Below, in pieces: positions 57,363 to 64,000 of a stretch of 64,000 bases of DNA (position 1 is its first letter; each line of letters opens with the position of its first letter). The notes under the pieces are model-generated. The model was given only the letters and a program-made list of their open reading frames with translations, did no database searches and was not told where the DNA came from. Made by a program: the position numbers and the translations under genes. Origin of the DNA: Candidatus Thorarchaeota archaeon (GTDB lineage Archaea; Asgardarchaeota; Thorarchaeia; Thorarchaeales; Thorarchaeaceae); assembly GCA_003345595.1 (NCBI GenBank), contig PRDI01000129.1, positions 1 to 64,000 on the forward strand. The letters run 5' to 3'.

Positions 57363-59621
57363 TTGATCGCTGACCACAAAACTACGAGAATACTTCTCAC
57401 GGCCCTATTCTCTGCAGGGCTGTTCTACTGTGGGCTAGTCATTTCCAGCAGTCGTTTCGATATATGGATTGGCGCCTCGATAGTCGTGGGACTGCTACTT
57501 GTTTGCCTGTCCCTCTTCATGGGGCCTCCGACCAACAAGGGACTCATCTCGCTGGCTGTTGTGGGACTTGCCCTTTTCCTTGCTGCATTCATCCTTGGGC
57601 CTCCATCAGAGGTGCCCCTGATAACGACAGCAGAGATTGCCGTCTATATCATGGCAATGACAGAGTCGAAGTTTCCCCTCACTAAGCGGGCATTGGTCAC
57701 GGGGATTGTCGTTGGAGTGATCATGACCTTTCTTGGTGTGTACCTGATGCTCAAGCTTGGCGTGGTCTATTTCATAGGTGCAGAGATGATGGGGGCAATC
57801 ATTCTCAGCACTCGGGGTAAATACACCAAGGAAGAGAACACGATCGTCGTCGCAATCGCTAATGGTTCCTCAATGATATGCGCAGGGATTCTCATCACGC
57901 TGCCCGCGTTAGTCATCTACGAAACCCAGTACAAGCCCCCACTTGAACCCTCTATTGCTCCCGCTCTCCTCACACTTCCGTTTATCGCCTTTCTCATAGG
58001 CACAAGTGCACTCTTCGGCATCATGCTTCTTGTGCCATTCAGGAGTCACTTCGAGAAGCAACCTTGGCCTCAGCTCAGACCACAGGCAGAAATCATAATC
58101 TCAATGGGAGCTGATAAGACTGCGAAGAAGGACGTATTGGTTGGTCTAGGGGGTTCTGCTTCGTATGTAGGGGCGACAAAGATTGTAGAGCAGGCCACAG
58201 GAGCAGCTCTGGGATCTGTCCCAACTGCGTTCAGGACCCTCGTCCCGGCCACGGGGTTAATCCCTGATTGGATTGGCTTGAGTAACTCACCTCTTATCGC
58301 TGCCATTGGATTCTTTGTCGGATGGAAACGAGCACTTGTCCTCCTTCTAGGTAGCACAATCTCGCTCACAGTCTGGCTAATCTTAGAATTCGCCCCCCTT
58401 GAAGGCATCGGCGCACACCTGCAGCGCCCTGAGATTCTCTACCTAGTCTTTGGCGTGTTCGCGGCAGTCATCGTTTCCGGAATCACATCAGCTAGGCAGA
58501 AGAAGACAGCTATTCAGGAACCAAGATCAACCGTCAGAGATGAAGAAACACGCGAAACAGGAGCCGAATCAGAGGAGCCATCGAAAGAGATGCCATCAAA
58601 GCGCGTTGAGGTGCCGAAGCTCATGCGTCTGAAAGAAGAACTCATGTCTGTTGACACGATTCTGCATGACATTAGAGAGATAGCCGCAGATCCGCAGGGG
58701 TTCTTGAAGAGCAGACGAGGACAAGTACCTCCATGGATTGCACTGGTTTCGATGCTCATGTACATGGCAATCGGCATCGTATTCTTCTGGGTCATCACTC
58801 CCTTCGCAGGACTTCAGATCCAGTGGGCTCTCACCATGCTTGGTCCGCCAGTGGCCCTACTCTCCGTCTATTTCACGGCAAGGGCCATCAGTGAAACCGG
58901 AATGTTGGCAGGCTACATATCTGACGTGATGGCAATACCTGCGATTCTCTTGTTTCGAGTGTCATTCGCAGCTATCACGACCTTCATGACAATGATAGGT
59001 GCGTTTCAGGACGCGGCCATAGCGTTTCTCGTTCATCTCAGGTTAGGAACTTTCACCGGCGTGAGGGGTAGGGACATATTCAAGGCCATATCTGTGGCAG
59101 CCATACTTGGGACATCCGTCGGTTCCTTCATCATCTTTGGAGTCTACAAGATCTATGGTTTCGGCGGTACTGAGTTCCCTTGTCCTATAGCGCAATTGTT
59201 CGTCATACTTGTGACAAGCTTGATGGGTCTAGGCAACCTTCAACTCCCTTACGTTGACAGGCTTGTGCAATTGCACCCCGCCTTGGCAAATCCCGAACTG
59301 GCCCTCATCTACGTGTTGGCCTTCACCATGTTTGGATACCTTCTGAGCAGGCAGCTCTTAAGGGTCGGACTAAGCCCCATTACTCTGGCAGTGGGTCTTC
59401 TGATTCCCCCCGCGACAACTGCAACGATGATGATTGGTGCTTTGATAGACTACAAAGCCAAGAAGCGTCAACAGCAACCAGAGAAAGTAGACATGATGCA
59501 GATAACAACTCAGAGCCCTGAGTACAACAAGACGTCTCGCCTACTGAGCGGTGTTGTGTCTGGCGAGGCGATAGTGATAGCACTCTGGGCGCTGAGCAGC
59601 GCCATGCTCTTGTTCATCTAG
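57363..59621 (+). CDS. OPT/YSL-family oligopeptide transporter
   Basis: LTKRAL, YL.LKLG, ENTIV...A, PWP, ISETG, FPCP.AQ, VGLLIP, SG.VSGE. TTG start after GGAGG. Confidence 0.8.
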   Translation: MIADHKTTRILLTALFSAGLFYCGLVISSSRFDIWIGASIVVGLLLVCLSLFMGPPTNKGLISLAVVGLALFLAAFILGPPSEVPLITTAEIAVYIMAMTESKFPLTKRALVTGIVVGVIMTFLGVYLMLKLGVVYFIGAEMMGAIILSTRGKYTKEENTIVVAIANGSSMICAGILITLPALVIYETQYKPPLEPSIAPALLTLPFIAFLIGTSALFGIMLLVPFRSHFEKQPWPQLRPQAEIIISMGADKTAKKDVLVGLGGSASYVGATKIVEQATGAALGSVPTAFRTLVPATGLIPDWIGLSNSPLIAAIGFFVGWKRALVLLLGSTISLTVWLILEFAPLEGIGAHLQRPEILYLVFGVFAAVIVSGITSARQKKTAIQEPRSTVRDEETRETGAESEEPSKEMPSKRVEVPKLMRLKEELMSVDTILHDIREIAADPQGFLKSRRGQVPPWIALVSMLMYMAIGIVFFWVITPFAGLQIQWALTMLGPPVALLSVYFTARAISETGMLAGYISDVMAIPAILLFRVSFAAITTFMTMIGAFQDAAIAFLVHLRLGTFTGVRGRDIFKAISVAAILGTSVGSFIIFGVYKIYGFGGTEFPCPIAQLFVILVTSLMGLGNLQLPYVDRLVQLHPALANPELALIYVLAFTMFGYLLSRQLLRVGLSPITLAVGLLIPPATTATMMIGALIDYKAKKRQQQPEKVDMMQITTQSPEYNKTSRLLSGVVSGEAIVIALWALSSAMLLFI

Positions 59622-59713
59622 TTTGCCTGTCCAATACACTGTGCCAGTTTCCACAGGAACTAGGAGTCCATGCCAACCGCCCATTCGGGTGAACGGACAG
59701 TCTGTTGGGTTTG

Positions 59714-61096
59714 TCACTCCCGGGCCACGTCTTCAATGGCCCGATCCCATTCGTCTTTTTCTTCGGACTCTCCGCGACGCTTCCTACGAACATGCGTCCG
59801 TTCCCTTCTCGCTTTCTCTGCTTTCTTCTTCTTCTGCTTCATCTCTCGCTTTTCCCGTTTCAGCTCCTGTTTCTGCTCCTTGGTCAGATTCCCTTCTATT
59901 TCGACTTCTCTCTTGACAATACTTCCAATCAGCATCGCAGCGAAAGGAAACAAGGCCACTACGGGAACCAAGAACAGAAGCATGAACTCCGGCTGCAAGA
60001 GCTCCACACTATTGGCTATCCCCGTAGGAAGGTTAAGTAATGCCACAAAGACCCACGGGTTCATCAACAGAAAGGAAACACCGACTACTGCCATGAGACG
60101 GATTGCCGAACCAGTTACAGCCGATCTGATGACATAGCTCTCTGACGGCGCAGCCGCCTTGGCTGTCAGTTCATCCTTGGCTGCAGGGTCATTACGAAGC
60201 AGTTCGTCAACAAAATGCTGCAGGCGTCGCACATCTGCTACAGCATCCATATTCTCAAGAGCATCTTTGGTGCCGACGACCTTCCTTTCAATCGCTTCAC
60301 GGAGAAACGAAAAGGCCGTCGCTCCAGAGGACCGACTCATGGCGGTTGTGCTGACTTTCTCGCCCCTCTCCATCCTGTCTTGCTTTCGAGTGGCCATGCG
60401 CAGCGCCAAGAGCTGCTTCTTCAGAGTCTCTTCCCTTTCCTCTATGGGCTTGCCAACGGAGTGACTGTATATCATCTGGTAGCTCGATTCCAGATAGGCG
60501 AATGATACAAGTGCAAGTATCTGTGCCTTGCTGACTAGGAACTCGTAGAAGTCGGTTGGAAAAACCTCGTAGTTGGGAATAGCTACGTCCCTGAAAGCAG
60601 CTATGACCAGTATCAACTGAATAGATATGAAAGCGCCAATCACGAACTTGTGGTCCATCCGGACAAGCGACTGTAGGAACAAGGCAATACCTACTGCGGC
60701 ACATAGGAAATAGAGAAACGTGAAGGTCTGGTTCCAGAGGGTCATTAGTATCCCAATGAAGTCATTCATGAATGATGTGAACACCTCATTCACATTCATC
60801 ATGGGGCCTGAAACACCGTAGGGCTGCATGTACCAGAAACGAAGAATGAGTGTGTTGTACAGGCCCCCCACAAGGTTGTTCAGAACCTGACCACCGAGAA
60901 GAGGGGACGCGACACCATTCACAATCATGATTGCTAGAAAGAACATGATCAGCGAAAGGAGTCTGAATACGGTCACTATGTATTCATAGGGTATGCCCCA
61001 GTCCCACCTCCCAGACATTATGCTATAGACTGTGTACGACAGGTAAACGAAGGTCGCCACAGAAACAACACGCAGAATCCAAGTGACGACTCTCAA
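59714..61096 (-). CDS. Membrane protein of the MoxR operon with a charged coiled-coil tail
   Basis: Several TMs and a K/R/E-rich C-terminus. The TTG start overlaps the DUF58 stop (TTGA). Confidence 0.7.
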   Translation of the reverse strand: MRVVTWILRVVSVATFVYLSYTVYSIMSGRWDWGIPYEYIVTVFRLLSLIMFFLAIMIVNGVASPLLGGQVLNNLVGGLYNTLILRFWYMQPYGVSGPMMNVNEVFTSFMNDFIGILMTLWNQTFTFLYFLCAAVGIALFLQSLVRMDHKFVIGAFISIQLILVIAAFRDVAIPNYEVFPTDFYEFLVSKAQILALVSFAYLESSYQMIYSHSVGKPIEEREETLKKQLLALRMATRKQDRMERGEKVSTTAMSRSSGATAFSFLREAIERKVVGTKDALENMDAVADVRRLQHFVDELLRNDPAAKDELTAKAAAPSESYVIRSAVTGSAIRLMAVVGVSFLLMNPWVFVALLNLPTGIANSVELLQPEFMLLFLVPVVALFPFAAMLIGSIVKREVEIEGNLTKEQKQELKREKREMKQKKKKAEKARRERTHVRRKRRGESEEKDEWDRAIEDVARE

Positions 61097-62415
61097 TGAA
61101 GTGCCACACCCCTCTGCTTTGCAGCATTGTACTGATGGATGATTGCTGGGAGGAAGTCTTCTGGACCCACATTGACAACTTCGATGCCAAACCGTGAAAG
61201 TGCTCGAGAAATCTTGACGCGCCGCTCCCACAGCTCCTCTGAAACGGCCTCCGAGAGGACTCTCTCAACCGGTCCAAACTGTCCTACTGGTGCTTCAAAC
61301 CAGGGACCGAACGGACTGATGACCACGGCCCTGTGTCCGTTTGCCACGACTGCCTTCATTGCATTCAGCAATGGACCGGGCGATTCTTCTAAGTCTGTAA
61401 GAAAGAAGAAGAGGGATCGTTTCCTAGTCTGACTAGTCACGTGTGACACGGCCGTTTCGTAGTCGCTCCAACCCATTGGCTCGGCCATCGCTAGAGCATC
61501 AAGCACCTCGTACATGTGGTCAGGCTTTGTGTTTGGTGGGACGTAGTTGTGAACAACGTCTGAGAACACACACACCCCCACTAGGTCCTTCCTCTCAAGC
61601 CCCATGTATGTGAGTAAGACCGCTGCTCTGATGCCGTATTCAAGCTTGGTGTTTTCTGGGTAGCCATTGCCCATGCTCCCAGATGAGTCAACCATGCAGA
61701 TGAACTGAACATTCTTCTCTTCCTCATACTGCTTGACCATCATCTCTCCTCGCTTTGCAGTCGTCTTCCAGTCAATGAGCTTGAACGGATCACCGGGCAC
61801 GTACTCTCTGAACCCAGCGAACTCAGTGCCCATTCCGACAACCTTAGTCTTGTGAGAGCCGAACATGAGCCCGAGCTGACGTTGTTTGCCTATGGTTTCC
61901 AAGCGGCGCACATCTTTCCAGGTCGGATAGACTAAGATCTCGGTCCTAGCCTTCACGGTTCGCTTGTAGTAGTGGAGTCCAAGCCGGTCACGCATGATGA
62001 CCTCTGTGGGACCGAGATAGTAGCGACCTCGCATCCTGGCCTGCAAGATGTAAGAGAATGCGATACTGCTGCCGGCTTCAATGCGGGAGGCCATGAAGTT
62101 CTCGCCTATAGCCAGTATCCATGTTTCGGGGTATTGATCCCAGACTTCGATGAAGTCGAAGTTGCGGCGCGAGGTATTACGGATAGTCACACGCACCCGG
62201 AGGAAATCACCAGAGAAGACCTTGGTCTTGTCAATCTTCCGATCAACCTCGATGCCAGAGAGGTTGGCAGTCACTGCAAACAGGGGAAGTGTGACCACTA
62301 GACCTACTATCAGATATACGCCAAGAAGAATGAGATAGAAGTTGAAAAAGGAAAAACCACTTGTCAGAAACAGTATTCCCGCGAACAGGACAGTAAATCC
62401 TCTCTGAGTTATCAA
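61093..62415 (-). CDS. DUF58 (VWA-containing) protein
   Basis: RGRY.LGP, LVYP, G.EF..REY.PGD....IDWK.TA, DSSGSM, TDL. Confidence 0.92.
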   Translation of the reverse strand: MITQRGFTVLFAGILFLTSGFSFFNFYLILLGVYLIVGLVVTLPLFAVTANLSGIEVDRKIDKTKVFSGDFLRVRVTIRNTSRRNFDFIEVWDQYPETWILAIGENFMASRIEAGSSIAFSYILQARMRGRYYLGPTEVIMRDRLGLHYYKRTVKARTEILVYPTWKDVRRLETIGKQRQLGLMFGSHKTKVVGMGTEFAGFREYVPGDPFKLIDWKTTAKRGEMMVKQYEEEKNVQFICMVDSSGSMGNGYPENTKLEYGIRAAVLLTYMGLERKDLVGVCVFSDVVHNYVPPNTKPDHMYEVLDALAMAEPMGWSDYETAVSHVTSQTRKRSLFFFLTDLEESPGPLLNAMKAVVANGHRAVVISPFGPWFEAPVGQFGPVERVLSEAVSEELWERRVKISRALSRFGIEVVNVGPEDFLPAIIHQYNAAKQRGVALH

Positions 62416-62452
62416 TCTCAGTCTTCTCCAGTGTTGTTCCTTTCAGATCTGT

Positions 62453-63442
62453 CTATTTCGGACAATCCACTTCTCCGAGTATCTTCGAGACAATACGATC
62501 TACGCTCAGTCCCTCGAGCTCGGCCTCCGGTTTCATGACGAGTCTGTGATTCAGGGCTTGAACACAGAGCTTCCGTACGTCCTCTGGGATCACATAATCA
62601 CGCCCCAACATTGCCGCTCTCGTCTTTGATGCACCCATAAGAACGAGAGAAGCACGAGGAGAGCCACCAAGGAGTATCTGAGGGTCATTACGGGTACGAA
62701 CTACGATGTCCCGGATGTAGTTGATTACATCCTCATCCAGGTACACCGTTTTACATGCATTCTGCATCCGGACGATGACTGAGGGGTCAGCAAGCACTCT
62801 CAGATCTGTCGCCTCACCTTGATGCTTCCTCCGAATCACCTCAGCCTCTTCACTGGGCGTTGGATAGTCCAGTACCAGTCGGAACATGAAACGGTCAAGC
62901 TGTGCTTCTGGCAGAGGATAGGTACCCTCTTGCTCGACCGGGTTTTGAGTGGCAATTATGAGAAACGGCAGGGGGAGTTTCCTTGTCACGCCCTCAGTCG
63001 AAACCTGTCGTTCCTCCATAACCTCCAACAATGCACTCTGAGACTTCGGGGGACACCGGTTGATTTCATCTGCGAGCACGAGGTTGGCAAAGACAGGACC
63101 CTTGCGGAACCAGAACTCTCCGCTCTTCTGATTGAAGACGTTGCTTCCGAGAATGTCACTCGGGAGAGTATCGACGGTCAACTGAATCCGCTTAAAGGCA
63201 CAACCCAGAATCGATGCGAAAGTACGGGCCATGTAGGTCTTCGCAAGGCCGGGGACTCCCTCCAACACGACATGTCCATTGGAGAGGAATGCAACCATCG
63301 TGTCTCGTAGGATTTCAATCTTGCCAACGATCACTCTTTGACACTCGCGTATTATCTCTGAAGTCAGGTCATGAACCTCTGCTATGCTCATGGCCTGTGA
63401 AGTGTCGACTTGACTCACTTCCGTTGTTTCTTCTACAGTCAT
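62453..63442 (-). CDS. moxR: MoxR-family AAA+ ATPase
   Basis: EGVPGLAKT, RIQLT.D.LPSD, ADEINR.PPK.QSALLE, ATQNPVEQEGTYPLPEAQLDRF, SPRAS. Confidence 0.95.
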   Translation of the reverse strand: MTVEETTEVSQVDTSQAMSIAEVHDLTSEIIRECQRVIVGKIEILRDTMVAFLSNGHVVLEGVPGLAKTYMARTFASILGCAFKRIQLTVDTLPSDILGSNVFNQKSGEFWFRKGPVFANLVLADEINRCPPKSQSALLEVMEERQVSTEGVTRKLPLPFLIIATQNPVEQEGTYPLPEAQLDRFMFRLVLDYPTPSEEAEVIRRKHQGEATDLRVLADPSVIVRMQNACKTVYLDEDVINYIRDIVVRTRNDPQILLGGSPRASLVLMGASKTRAAMLGRDYVIPEDVRKLCVQALNHRLVMKPEAELEGLSVDRIVSKILGEVDCPK

Positions 63443-63452
63443 TACTTCTATC

Positions 63453-64000
63453 TCACCTTCTTGATTCAACTAAGAGCGATGATATATTGTGCATCCAGAA
63501 GAAGAGAGTCATCAGCTCGCTCTCTCTGATCTTCATCTTGGGTCTCGAGGATATCTCCTCTATCCTCTCAATCGTCTTGAAGAACTTGGTTTCATCTAGG
63601 CTCGGGTCCTTGTAGCGCATGAGTTCCCACAGCTTCCTTGCATCGTATTCTGACCACATGTGTTTGCGTTTCAGATCGCGCTTGAGCTTCCTGTACAGCA
63701 TCTTCACCACACGTGCATAGTTGCCCTCTGTCCGATAGTAAGTCATGCGCTCGCTGAAGTATGTCTGTCCGCGCCTTAGGAATACGTCAGACACACTCCT
63801 GACCTCTGGCTTCTTCATGTCTGGCAGATACTTCTTGAGACCTATAACAGTCAGTAAGGGATACAACGGAGCAAAGAAGGGCATCGTACTAAGCCATAGA
63901 GCGCGCCCTAGATAGAACCCATAGAAGAACTCTGGTGACTGCCAAGGCACGGCAAGCAGGTTCTCGCAGAAGACAACGGGCCATGATGCGTTATATTGAG
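63453..64000 (-). CDS. C-terminal part of a MoxR-operon protein (possibly DUF4350-like), truncated by the window edge
   Basis: The frame is open to the window end; one TM followed by a helical cytoplasmic tail. Confidence 0.6.
   Translation of the reverse strand, partial: QYNASWPVVFCENLLAVPWQSPEFFYGFYLGRALWLSTMPFFAPLYPLLTVIGLKKYLPDMKKPEVRSVSDVFLRRGQTYFSERMTYYRTEGNYARVVKMLYRKLKRDLKRKHMWSEYDARKLWELMRYKDPSLDETKFFKTIERIEEISSRPKMKIRESELMTLFFWMHNISSLLVESRR

Noticed and set aside
1-64000. tRNA, rRNA, IS transposase, integrase
   Set aside because: None recognised by eye; tRNAscan-SE, Infernal and ISEScan would be needed to exclude them formally.

Overview
Gene-dense archaeal chromosomal window, very likely from an Asgard archaeon of the Thorarchaeia type. 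Support for this is two tandem Asgard-type profilins, archaeal uS19, archaemetzincin, TrmB, GGTGA/GAGG Shine-Dalgarno motifs and TATA-box promoters. Most of it is housekeeping or metabolic: a beta-oxidation cluster, a ferredoxin-fused EtfAB, a phosphohexomutase, EndoIII, MscL, ABC/MFS/OPT transporters, a MoxR-DUF58 operon and an orphan type III Mod-like methyltransferase. I saw no rRNA, tRNA, CRISPR array, integrase or transposase. The signals most worth following up, several absent from the ORF track: (1) a 48-aa ORF (26101-26247) that is a stand-alone, apparently selected copy of the N-terminal coiled coil of the adjacent ArsR-type regulator, a candidate 'microProtein'; (2) a Cys-rich NosL-like/DUF4418/MacB-LolCDE-type ABC cluster with no nosZ in the window (38.7-43.2 kb); (3) a DPM2/PIG-P-like membrane protein next to the phosphohexomutase, plus a PIG-N/O/G-like phosphotransferase; (4) two small peptide ORFs divergent from a wHTH regulator across a 38-bp imperfect palindrome; (5) a diverged second copy of the etfA 3' end bracketing a beta-propeller surface-protein gene. 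All family calls come from motif recognition by eye; no database search was run.
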